Translations under genes and position numbers: made by a program
Part shown: positions 53,607 to 62,653 of the stretch, in pieces
Numbering within the stretch: position 1 is the stretch's first letter
How the letters are laid out: every line of letters begins with the position of its first letter
Source: an uncultured Chloroflexia bacterium
GTDB taxonomy: Bacteria > Chloroflexota > Limnocylindria > Limnocylindrales > CSP1-4
DNA length: 64,000 bases
Direction: 5' to 3'
NCBI GenBank assembly: GCA_963833225.1
Contig: CAWHXD010000019.1
Span: 800,001 to 864,000 of the forward strand
Notes under the pieces: generated by a model
The model's database searches: none
What the model was told of the DNA's origin: nothing
Seen by the model: only the letters and a program-made list of their open reading frames with translations

Positions 53607-54932
53607 TCAGGCGACCGGCAGCGCCACCACGAAGCGCGACCCGCCAAACCCGTTCCGGTCGATCCAGACCCGGCCGCCCATGGCCTCCATCAGCCGGCGC
53701 GCCGCAAACAGCCCGATCCCCGAGCCCCGCGACCGCGCCCGGTCCACGCGGACGTAGGGCTGGAACACGGCGTCCCAGTCCTCGAACGGGACACCCGGGC
53801 CGTCGTCGGTGATGTAGACCTGGATCTCGTTGTCGGTGCGCCAGACGCCGATCGAGATCGCCTGCTCCGGCGGCGCGTACTTGGCCTCGTTGTCGAGCAG
53901 GTGCTCGATGACCTGGCGGAAGCGGGCCTCGTCTCCGAGCGCCACCAGGGCGTATCCCGGTGGGAACCAGCGGACGGGGCGGGTCCGCAGCAGCAGCGCG
54001 AGCGTGCCGACGGTCTTGTCGATGTTGGCCACGATGTCGAACGGCTCGCGCCGCAGCCCGGTCAGCCCTTCGCCGCGGACCGATGCCAGGATGGAGTCCA
54101 CCAGCCGGTCCAGCCGCGTCACCTGGTCGACCGCGCCCGCTCGCCAGCTCTCGGCCACCTGCGCGGACGGGCCGGCCTCGTTCGCTCCCGCGGCGTCGGC
54201 GAGCAGGTCGACATACGCACGAACGACCGCGAGGGGCGTCCGCAGCTCGTGGGTGACGACCGCGAGCAGCTCCGCCCGGGCCGCGTCCAGCTGGGAGAGC
54301 CGGTCGAGCTGGGCCTCCGCCTCGGCCTGCATGCGGCCCTTCTCCACGATCCCGGCCAGGAGCGCCGCGATCGTCGCGAGGAACTCGATCTCCTCGGGCG
54401 CGAAGTCGCGCTCGGCGGTCGTCTGGACGTTGAGCACGCCCACCACCTGCTGGTCCCACACGAGTGGCATCGAGAGCATGGCGTGGAGGCCGGCGGTGTC
54501 GAAGCCGCGGACCCAGCTGAAGCGCTCGTCGCGGGTCACGTCGCGCGACATCACCGGCGCCCGGCTCTCGGCCGCGCGACCGGTGATGCCCTGGCCGACC
54601 GAGAGGCTGACCAGGCCGACCTGCTCGCGATCGAGGCCGTTGGTGGCGGCAAGCGTGAGCGTCTGCCCGTCGCGATCCAGCAGGTAGAACGAGCAGACCT
54701 CCATCGCCATGGCGGCTGTCGTTCGGTCGACGACGGTGCGCATCAGCTCGTCCCAGTCCCGGGCGTGCGTCGCAAGCTGCGCGAACTCGTACAGGAACGC
54801 CAGCCGGTCAACGAGACCGCTGGGCACCTGCGAAGGCTCGACGGCGCGCGGCTGGCGGCTCCGGCGCGGCGCCCGGGGGACGTCGGGCACCCGCCTCGGC
54901 GAAGGCCCCGGGCCGGGCTCGGGAACGTTCAC
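53607..54932 (-). CDS. Cytoplasmic GAF-domain sensor histidine kinase
   Basis: GAF (CSFYL, AATNGL, GQGITG, VGVLNVQ); HELRTPL; N box LLDN..KY; DDGPG; GSGIGL. Confidence 0.92.
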   Translation of the reverse strand: MNVPEPGPGPSPRRVPDVPRAPRRSRQPRAVEPSQVPSGLVDRLAFLYEFAQLATHARDWDELMRTVVDRTTAAMAMEVCSFYLLDRDGQTLTLAATNGLDREQVGLVSLSVGQGITGRAAESRAPVMSRDVTRDERFSWVRGFDTAGLHAMLSMPLVWDQQVVGVLNVQTTAERDFAPEEIEFLATIAALLAGIVEKGRMQAEAEAQLDRLSQLDAARAELLAVVTHELRTPLAVVRAYVDLLADAAGANEAGPSAQVAESWRAGAVDQVTRLDRLVDSILASVRGEGLTGLRREPFDIVANIDKTVGTLALLLRTRPVRWFPPGYALVALGDEARFRQVIEHLLDNEAKYAPPEQAISIGVWRTDNEIQVYITDDGPGVPFEDWDAVFQPYVRVDRARSRGSGIGLFAARRLMEAMGGRVWIDRNGFGGSRFVVALPVA

Positions 54933-55014
54933 GCTCCGGAGCCTACGGCATCAGACGGCCCGGCGCCCACCGATTCCCGACGCCCCGATCCGCGTTTTAC
55001 CGGGGTCCGGAAGC

Positions 55015-56298
55015 TCAGCGGGGGACGGCGTCGCCCTCGGCCACCGTGGTCGGCAGGTCGGCGAGGAGCGGATCCGTCCAGGTCCATGCCGCCCCATGGT
55101 GCTTGCCCACGCTGCCGTGTCGTGCCGCCTCCACGCGGAGCGGCAGCCCGAAGATCTCGATGAAGCCGACCGCGGACGCGTGATCGAAGGCGTCGCCCTC
55201 GTCATAGGTGGCGAGGTTCTTGTCGTACAGCGACAGCGGCGAGCGACGGCCGACCACGACCGCCTGGCCGTGGTCAAGGCGAACCCGCACGTCACCCGAC
55301 ACGACCCGCTGCGAGCTCATGGCGTAGGTGCGCAGGTCGCGCGACAGGGCGCTGAACCACAGGCCGTCGTAGATGATCTGCGCCAGCTCGTCCGCGATCA
55401 GCCGGTTGAACCGGAGCTGCTCCTTGCTCAGCACCAGGCCCTCGAGGGCGTGGTGGGCGGCCTGCAGGATGACGGCTGCCGGCGCCTCGTAGATCTCGCG
55501 GCTCTTGATGCCCACCAGGCGGTCCTCGACGTGGTCGATCCGACCCACGCCGTGCGCGCCGCCCAGCTCGTGGAGCCGCTCGACCAGCTCCACGCTGGGG
55601 AGCCGCTCGTCGTTGATGGACACCGGGATGCCGCCCTCGAACCCGATCACGATCTCGACCGGGGCGGGGGCGTCGGACGGCTTGACGGTCCAGGCGTACG
55701 CGTCGTCCGGCGGCGTGACCCACGGATCCTCGAGGATGCCAGTCTCACAGGAGCGGCCCCAGAGGTTGACGTCGATGCTGTAGGGGGACGACTTGGTGAT
55801 CGGGATCTCGATGCCCCGCGCGTTGGCGTAGTCGATCGACTGGTCGCGGGTGAGCCCCATCCCGACGCGCATCGGCGCCACGACCTCCAGCCCCGGATCG
55901 AGCGCGTGGACGGCGATGTCGAACCGGACCTGGTCGTTGCCCTTGCCCGTGCAGCCGTGGGCGACGGCGTCGGCGCCTTCCTTCTGGGCAACCTCGACCA
56001 GCAGCTGGGCGAGCAGCGGCCGGGCGAGGGCGGTCGCCAGCGGGTAGGCACCCTGGTACACCGCGTTCGCCTGGAGCGCGCGCCAGACGTACTGGCTGAC
56101 GAAGGTCTCCCTGGCGTCGACGACGTAGGCCCTCGACGCTCCCGCCGACATTGCCCGGCGCTCGACGCCCTTGCGGATGGACCCGCCGCCGAGGTCGACG
56201 GTGAGCGTCACCACCTCGGCACCGTACTGCTCCTTGAGCCAGGCGACGGCAACGGAGGTATCGAGGCCGCCGGAGTAGGCAAGCACGACCTTGTTCAT
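55015..56298 (-). CDS. argG: Argininosuccinate synthase
   Basis: AYSGGLDTS, HGCTGKGNDQVRF, YSIDVNLWG, KSREIYE. Confidence 0.97.
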   Translation of the reverse strand: MNKVVLAYSGGLDTSVAVAWLKEQYGAEVVTLTVDLGGGSIRKGVERRAMSAGASRAYVVDARETFVSQYVWRALQANAVYQGAYPLATALARPLLAQLLVEVAQKEGADAVAHGCTGKGNDQVRFDIAVHALDPGLEVVAPMRVGMGLTRDQSIDYANARGIEIPITKSSPYSIDVNLWGRSCETGILEDPWVTPPDDAYAWTVKPSDAPAPVEIVIGFEGGIPVSINDERLPSVELVERLHELGGAHGVGRIDHVEDRLVGIKSREIYEAPAAVILQAAHHALEGLVLSKEQLRFNRLIADELAQIIYDGLWFSALSRDLRTYAMSSQRVVSGDVRVRLDHGQAVVVGRRSPLSLYDKNLATYDEGDAFDHASAVGFIEIFGLPLRVEAARHGSVGKHHGAAWTWTDPLLADLPTTVAEGDAVPR

Positions 56299-56795
56299 CG
56301 GGTCAGGGCCTCCGTGGGGCTGGGCACCTCGACAGGTGCGTTCAGGACATCGAACCTGGCGAGCCAGCCCGTCAACGTGGGCTCGTCGGGGAACAGGACG
56401 ATGAGCGTGTTGTCGCCGGCGACGGTGCCCACGAAGCCGTCGAGGGTGGACTCCTCGATGGCCTGGGCGATCACGTTGGCGGTGCCAGGCTGGCCGTTGA
56501 GCACGAGGATCAGCCCGCTCCGGCCGACCGTGACCGGGATGTCGGCGAGGATCCGGCGCAGCCGCTCGTCCGACGGCGGCTGCCGCGTGCCAATGGCCTC
56601 GGGCACGACATAGACGGAGTGGTCGCCGCGCATCACCTTGGCCAGGCCGAGCTCCGCGATGTCGCGGGACACCGTGGCCTGGGTGACCTCGAAGCCCAGC
56701 CCGGAGAGCTCGGTGACGAGCTCGCCCTGGCTGGCCACGGGGTGGCCGGCGACGAGGCGGCGGATGGCCGCGTGACGGGCCCGCTTCACGACCAT
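56295..56795 (-). CDS. argR: Arginine repressor
   Basis: SQGEL, VTQATVSRDI.ELG, GTVAGDNT. Confidence 0.93.
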   Translation of the reverse strand: MVVKRARHAAIRRLVAGHPVASQGELVTELSGLGFEVTQATVSRDIAELGLAKVMRGDHSVYVVPEAIGTRQPPSDERLRRILADIPVTVGRSGLILVLNGQPGTANVIAQAIEESTLDGFVGTVAGDNTLIVLFPDEPTLTGWLARFDVLNAPVEVPSPTEALTR

Positions 56796-57604
56796 CAAGC
56801 CGGCATTCCCGTCGGAGGCGCGGTCGCGGTCCCCACGTGGGCGTGGGCGCTGACGCGGGTCCCGAACGTCGGGTCGTCGAGCGCGCGGACCAGGGCCCCG
56901 GGCGTGGAACCGTCGGCGATGATCGCCTCCGACCCCTGCCAGGCGAGGGCCGCCAGCGCCGCCCGGACCTTGGGTACCATGCCGCCCCGGATCGTGCCGT
57001 CCGCGATGAGCGCCTCGGCCTCCTCGGGCGTGATCGAGTCGAGCCGGTTGCCGGCCGCGTCGCGGATCCCGTCCACGTCGGTCATCAGGACCAGCTGCCG
57101 TGCGCCGAGGCCGGCCGCCAGCCCGGCGGCAGCGTCGTCGGCGTTGACGTTGCAGACGATCCCATCCTCGTCGCGCGCGAGTGGGGCGACCACCGGGACC
57201 TGGCCACCGACCAGCAGCGAGTCCAGGAGGTCGCGACGGACCCCGGTGACGGTGGCGACCAGCCCCACGTCGGGGAGGCGGCGGCCGATGAGCAGCCCGC
57301 CATCGACGCCCGACAGCCCCACGGCATCGCAGCCGGCGTCGCGGAGGGCCGCCACGAGCTCGCTGTTGACCACGCCGCGCAGGACCGCTGCGGCGACCTC
57401 GAGCGCCTCGGGGTCGGTCACGCGCAGGCCGTTCTCGAAGCGGGTCTGGACACCCAGCCGCTCCAGCCACTCGGTCATCCGCTTGCCGCCGCCGTGGACC
57501 ACCACGATCGGCCGCCGGCGGGCGACCTGCGCGATCTCCACCAGCATCTGCCGCTGGTCGGCCAGCGTCGTGCCGCCGAGCTTGACGACGACGATCTCGC
57601 TCAC
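56795..57604 (-). CDS. argB: Acetylglutamate kinase
   Basis: VVKLGG, VHGGG, GLRVTD, NVNAD, GGMVPKV. Confidence 0.95.
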   Translation of the reverse strand: MSEIVVVKLGGTTLADQRQMLVEIAQVARRRPIVVVHGGGKRMTEWLERLGVQTRFENGLRVTDPEALEVAAAVLRGVVNSELVAALRDAGCDAVGLSGVDGGLLIGRRLPDVGLVATVTGVRRDLLDSLLVGGQVPVVAPLARDEDGIVCNVNADDAAAGLAAGLGARQLVLMTDVDGIRDAAGNRLDSITPEEAEALIADGTIRGGMVPKVRAALAALAWQGSEAIIADGSTPGALVRALDDPTFGTRVSAHAHVGTATAPPTGMPA

Positions 57605-58992
57605 GTCGTGTACTCCGAGTTCTCTGTCACGTAGCCCTCCGTGAGCGGGCAGCCGAAGGCCTCGCCGGTCCCGGCGCCCAGCCCGAGGTCGAGGCGGACG
57701 AGGAGGTCGTCGGTGTCCATCGCGATCCGGGCGGCCGCCTTGTCGATTCCCACCGGACCGCCCGAGGGGCCGTCATAGGCGAGGTGGCCGGCGATGGCGA
57801 TGCGCATCCGGTCGGGGTCGATGGCCGCCGGCCGGCCGGCACGCGCTGCGGCCTCGTCTGCCGGCATGCCGGCCGCCTCGAGCACCGCGGCCTCCGCGGC
57901 GCAGGCGTTGCCCGCCGCACCGGCGATGCGCCCCCAGTTCGCGTCCCGGCCATGGATCGCGGCCTTGACCAGCGCCGAGCTGATCACCGCGCGCGCCACC
58001 GCGCGGGCGTCCGCGTCGTCGGCCGCGCCGGAGACCTGGCACGTGACCAGCGACGAGGCCCCCTCGCCGTCCTGGGCCTGCTGGCGGGCGAGGTCGCGAG
58101 CGACGGCCTCCAGCGCGGAGGCCAGCGCGGCCCGGGCCACCGGATCGTCGTCGGCGGAGGCCGCGCCCGCGACGCCCGACGCCAGCAGGAACACCGTGTC
58201 GTTGGTGCTCGTGTCGCCATCCACCGAGAGCTGGTCCCAGGTGGTCGCCGCCGCATGCCGCAGCAGGTCGCGGAGCATCGAGGGCGAGGCCGTGGCGTCG
58301 GTGAGGACCACCGACAGCATCGTGGCCATCCGCGGGTGGATCATCCCCACGCCCTTGCTGATGCCGGTCACGGTGACCGGAACCGTCCCGCCGCCGGCCG
58401 CCGGCGCATCGATCGTCACCGTCGCCATCTTGGCCACGGAGTCGGTCGTGCACAGGGACACGGCCGCGCTCGCCAGCGCCTCGTCGGTCGCGGCGAGCCC
58501 GCCGGCGTCGACCCCGCCACCGCCCACCCGCGCGACCTCGGCCGTGACCGTGTCCAGCGGCAGCCGGACGCCGATCACGCCGGTCGAGAGGTGCAGGACC
58601 TGCGTCGGGTCGCAGCCCAGCGCCGCTCCCACCGCCGCGCCGATGGCCGCCTGGTCCGCGTCGCCGCCGGGACCCGTGGCCGCATTCGCGCTGCCCGAGG
58701 TCGCCACGATCGCCCGCGCGTAGCCGCAGGCAGCCTCCGTCCCACCCGTCGCCTGGAGGTTGGCCAGCGAGAGCCGCACCGGCGCCGCCGCGAGCCGGTT
58801 GGGCGTGAATACCGCGGCCGCGGGCACCGCACCGGCGACCGTCGCCACCAGCGCGAAGTCCTGGCGCCCCGAGGCCTTGATCCCCGCCTTGGTACCGGCC
58901 GCCGTGAAGCCGGCCGGGATCCGCGCCGCGCGCGCCACCGCTGGCCGATCGGCCGGGAGCGGGGCGAGAAGCGGATCGGTGGCAGGGGTCAC
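57601..58992 (-). CDS. argJ: Ornithine acetyltransferase / glutamate N-acetyltransferase
   Basis: AGIK, SG.ANA.TG, STGVIG, KGVGMIHPRMATML, DGDTSTND, DGEGA, DANWGR, N.EYTT. Confidence 0.95.
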   Translation of the reverse strand: MTPATDPLLAPLPADRPAVARAARIPAGFTAAGTKAGIKASGRQDFALVATVAGAVPAAAVFTPNRLAAAPVRLSLANLQATGGTEAACGYARAIVATSGSANAATGPGGDADQAAIGAAVGAALGCDPTQVLHLSTGVIGVRLPLDTVTAEVARVGGGGVDAGGLAATDEALASAAVSLCTTDSVAKMATVTIDAPAAGGGTVPVTVTGISKGVGMIHPRMATMLSVVLTDATASPSMLRDLLRHAAATTWDQLSVDGDTSTNDTVFLLASGVAGAASADDDPVARAALASALEAVARDLARQQAQDGEGASSLVTCQVSGAADDADARAVARAVISSALVKAAIHGRDANWGRIAGAAGNACAAEAAVLEAAGMPADEAAARAGRPAAIDPDRMRIAIAGHLAYDGPSGGPVGIDKAAARIAMDTDDLLVRLDLGLGAGTGEAFGCPLTEGYVTENSEYTT

Positions 58993-59024
58993 GGACGAGC
59001 CTTTCGTGGCGAGTGGGGGCCGCG

Positions 59025-60116
59025 CTACGGCGCGAGCGGCAGCTGGAGCAGGCCGGTGGGCTCGGGCAGCCCGTGGACCACGTTGAACGCCTGGATCGCC
59101 TGCCCCGCGGCGCCCTTCACCAGGTTGTCGAGGACGCCGATCGCGAGCACCCGACCCGTGCGCTCGTCGAGCCGGCACCAGACCCGGAACTCGTTGGATC
59201 CGTACACGTGCTTGGTGGTCGGCGCGTGGTTCACCACGCCCACGAACGCCTCGCCCGCGTACGCCTCCGCGTAGAGGGTGTCGAGCTCCGCCTGGATCAC
59301 CGGCCGGGTCGTCCTGACGTGGCAGGCGGACAGGATGCCGCGGGTCATCGGGACCAGGTGCGGCAGGAAGTCGATGCCCGTCGCGCCCGGGTTGGCGTCC
59401 GGGGTGGGGGACTGGCCGCGCAGCTCCTGCTCGATCTCGCCGATGTGGCGGTGGGTGAACATCGCGTACGCCTTGACGCTCTCGTTGACCTCGCCGAAGT
59501 GGAGGTCCGCCTTGGGATCGCGCCCGGCGCCCGACACTCCGCTCTTGGCGTCGATCACCACGTCGGCGATCAGGCCCGCTCGCGCGAGCGGCGCCAGGGC
59601 CAGGATCGAGGTGGTGGCATAGCAGCCCGGGGAGCCGACGATCGCGCCCGGCTTCGTGCCCAGCGCCGCCAGCTCCGCGCGATGCAGCTCCGGCAGGCCG
59701 TAGACCGCGGTCGGGAGCAGCTCGGGACGGGGGTGGTCGAAGTGGTACCAGGTCGGGTAGTCCGCGGGGTCGCGGAACCGGAAGTCCGGCCCCAGGTCCA
59801 CCACCGTCTGGTTGCGATCGAGGAACTCGTCGATGCGGGCCGCGACGGCGCCGTGCGGGAGGGCGAGGAAGATCGCCTCGGCGTCCTCCGGCACCTTGTC
59901 GAACACGTGGAGGTCCCGGGTCGCCAGGTGCGGGTGGAACTGCGCGATGGGGTCTCCCTTGCGGTCCCGACCCACGAGGCCCGTGATCATCACGTGCGGG
60001 TGGAGCGCGAGCAGCCGGATCAGCTCCGCGCCCACATACCCCGTTGCCCCCACGATCGCCACCCGGACGGGTTCCCCGCCGGCGAGCGCCCTGGCGCCTC
60101 GCTGCGTCGCGGTCAT
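59025..60116 (-). CDS. argC: N-acetyl-gamma-glutamyl-phosphate reductase
   Basis: GATGYVG, ALPHG, YGLPE, PGCY, SGVSGAG, DNLVKGAAGQA. Confidence 0.96.
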   Translation of the reverse strand: MTATQRGARALAGGEPVRVAIVGATGYVGAELIRLLALHPHVMITGLVGRDRKGDPIAQFHPHLATRDLHVFDKVPEDAEAIFLALPHGAVAARIDEFLDRNQTVVDLGPDFRFRDPADYPTWYHFDHPRPELLPTAVYGLPELHRAELAALGTKPGAIVGSPGCYATTSILALAPLARAGLIADVVIDAKSGVSGAGRDPKADLHFGEVNESVKAYAMFTHRHIGEIEQELRGQSPTPDANPGATGIDFLPHLVPMTRGILSACHVRTTRPVIQAELDTLYAEAYAGEAFVGVVNHAPTTKHVYGSNEFRVWCRLDERTGRVLAIGVLDNLVKGAAGQAIQAFNVVHGLPEPTGLLQLPLAP

Positions 60117-60242
60117 GGCCGGGTGGGGGGATGACGCACGGTCCGCCGCGATCGCCGAACCCGTCGAGTCCGCGCTCACCGGCGCGCACAGCCGCTCACG
60201 GGCGGCAGGCTCGAGGACACGGAAACCGGGCGGATCGTCGTC

Positions 60243-60281
60243 ATGGAATGACTATACACTTCGACTGCATACTCATGCAAG
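60243..60281. promoter_or_regulatory. Tandem ARG boxes (ArgR operator)
   Basis: Cores GGAATGACTATACA (60245) and TGCATACTCATGCA (60266) 21 bp apart upstream of argC; weaker TGCATACGCCTGTA at 60403. Confidence 0.8.
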
Positions 60282-60549
60282 CCATTCCGCGACATGCAGC
60301 CCTCCGGGGGCCGGTTCTGCCCCCCAGTCACCGAATTCGCCGTCACGGCCCGCGTCCACCCATCCGCATTGCCTCCCAGGCAATGAGTCGCCCTGGACGG
60401 GATGCATACGCCTGTATTCGGCCGCTCAGGCGCCCTCCGCGGCGAATCCAGTGCCTGTCAGGCAACGCGCGACGGGCGGGCGAGCCCGCAGTCCGCCGGC
60501 AGGTCGACCCGACACGAACGCTCCGCCCGCGCTCCGCCGGGCTTGCCGG

Positions 60550-62583
60550 CTACGCGCCCCCGTACGCCTCCGCCAGGTTCGCCGCCTCGGCCTCGAACTG
60601 CTCGTGGTAGAGGCGCGCGTACAGCCCGTCGGCCGCCAGCAGCTCGCGGTGCGTGCCACCCTCCACGATCCGGCCACGCTCGAACACCAGGATCCGGTCC
60701 GCGCGCAGGATCGTGGACAGCCGATGGGCGATGGCGATCGTGGTCCGCCCCTCGGTGAGGCGGGCAAGGGCGGACTGGATGAGCCGTTCGCTGACGGTAT
60801 CCAGCGAGGAGGTCGCCTCGTCGAGGATGAGGATCCGGGGGTCCTTGAGCAGCACGCGGGCGATCGCGATCCGCTGCTTCTCGCCCCCCGACAGCTTGTA
60901 GCCCCGCTCGCCGACGATGGTGTCCAGGCCCTCGGGCAGCTCGGCGATCCGATCATGGATCGCGGCGGCCCGCGTGGCGGTCTCCAGCTCGTCATCGGTC
61001 GCGTCGGGACGGGCGAACAGCAGGTTCTCGCGGATGGACGCGTGGAACAGGTAGGTCTCCTGGGTCACGAACCCGATCAGCCCGCTCAGGGAGGTGAGCT
61101 TGATGTCACGCACGTCGATCCCGTCGATCGCCACCCGGCCGCCCGCGACGTCGTACAGCCGTGGGATCAGGTAGGTCGTGGTGGTCTTGCCGGCACCCGA
61201 TGGCCCAACCAGCGCGACGAGCTCGCCGGGTCGTGCCTCGAACGACACGTCCTCCAGCCCGAACGGCAGCGCCGGGGTCACGGGCAGGACGGCGCCCAGC
61301 TCGTCGTCGGGAGCCCCCGCTTCCTCGGTCTCGTCCTCGTCGATCTCGCCTGGCTCGTCCGCGTCAGCCTCCGCGGCCGCCGCCCGCTCGATCACCGGCT
61401 CGGCCGGGTAGCGGAAGGACACATCCTCGAATGCGACGGACCCGCGGACCTGCGACGGCTCCAGCGAGACGGCATCGGGGGAATCGGTGATCTCGGGGTG
61501 GAGGTCCAGGTACTCGAAGATCCGGTCGAACAGCGCGAGCGACCCCTGGATCTCCACCTGCACGTTGAGCAGCTGGCCCATGGGGAAGAACAGCCGGCTC
61601 TGGAGCGTCGTGAACGCCACGATGTCGCCGGCGGTGGGCGCCGAGGGATCGCCCGCCTGGGCCAGCATCCCCGCGAGCCAGTACACCAGCGCCGGGGTGA
61701 TCGAGAAGATCGTGCCGATGATGGCGAAGAACCAGCGGCCGACCAGGGCCTGCCGGATCTGGAGCCGGGCGAGCTCGCGGTTGAGGCCCCGGAAGCGCAG
61801 GACGGACCGCTCCTGCGCCCCGAACGTCTTGCCCAGCAGCATGCCCGATACGGACAGGGTCTCCTCGGTCACCGCGGTCAGGTCCGCGAGCCGCTTCTGG
61901 GTCTCGGTGCTGACCTGGCGCCGAACCTTGCCCACCCGGAACGTGAGGTACAGGAAGAACGGCAGCATGCCCAACGACAGCAGCGTCAGCCGCCAGTCGA
62001 TGAGGATCATAGCCACCATCGTCGACGCGGCGACCGCCACGTTGGAGGTGATCGAGCTCGCCGTGTCGGTGACGACGGACTGCACCCCGCCGACGTCGTT
62101 GGACAGCCGGCTCTGGATCTCGCCGGTGCGGGTGGACGTGAAGAACCGCAGCGACATTCGCTGGAGATGGGCGTAGAGCGCGTTGCGCAGGTCCTGCATC
62201 ACGCTCTGGCCGATCAGGTTGTTGAGGTACGACTGCCCCACGCCGATCAGCCCCGACAGGATCGGCGCCGCGATCATCAGCCCGACGTACAGGTTGAGGT
62301 TCCCGAACTGCCGGCCGACGATCACCTCGTCGGTCAGGAGCTTGAGCAGGTACGGGTTGAGGAGGCCGATGAGGCTGGTCGCGATGATCGCGACGAACAC
62401 GACGGCGACCTTGCCCCGGTACGGTCCGAAGAAGGCCATGATGCGCCGCGCCGTCTGACCCCGGCGCTCGGGCGGGACGTGGTCGAAGTCCCGCGACGGG
62501 GGCATCAGGCGTCCACCGCCACCACCGCCGCCCCCGCCGCCGGTTCTTGCGAGGGAGCGGACACCACCGCCACGGCCCGTCAT
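60550..62583 (-). CDS. ABC exporter, fused permease/ATPase (MsbA/Atm1-like)
   Basis: RTGEIQSRL, GPSGAGKT, LSGGEKQR, LDEATSSLD, IAHRLST. Confidence 0.93.
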   Translation of the reverse strand: MTGRGGGVRSLARTGGGGGGGGGGRLMPPSRDFDHVPPERRGQTARRIMAFFGPYRGKVAVVFVAIIATSLIGLLNPYLLKLLTDEVIVGRQFGNLNLYVGLMIAAPILSGLIGVGQSYLNNLIGQSVMQDLRNALYAHLQRMSLRFFTSTRTGEIQSRLSNDVGGVQSVVTDTASSITSNVAVAASTMVAMILIDWRLTLLSLGMLPFFLYLTFRVGKVRRQVSTETQKRLADLTAVTEETLSVSGMLLGKTFGAQERSVLRFRGLNRELARLQIRQALVGRWFFAIIGTIFSITPALVYWLAGMLAQAGDPSAPTAGDIVAFTTLQSRLFFPMGQLLNVQVEIQGSLALFDRIFEYLDLHPEITDSPDAVSLEPSQVRGSVAFEDVSFRYPAEPVIERAAAAEADADEPGEIDEDETEEAGAPDDELGAVLPVTPALPFGLEDVSFEARPGELVALVGPSGAGKTTTTYLIPRLYDVAGGRVAIDGIDVRDIKLTSLSGLIGFVTQETYLFHASIRENLLFARPDATDDELETATRAAAIHDRIAELPEGLDTIVGERGYKLSGGEKQRIAIARVLLKDPRILILDEATSSLDTVSERLIQSALARLTEGRTTIAIAHRLSTILRADRILVFERGRIVEGGTHRELLAADGLYARLYHEQFEAEAANLAEAYGGA

Positions 62584-62653
62584 GCGGGCGAGGCCGGGTC
62601 GGCCGGCGCGTCCGGGTCGGCCGCCTTGCCCGGCATGATCCCCGAGCCGGGAC

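Noticed and set aside
57601-60189. 862-aa ORF as an apparent large ArgJ fusion
   Set aside because: The N-terminal part is an off-frame read of argC; ArgJ starts at GTG 58992.
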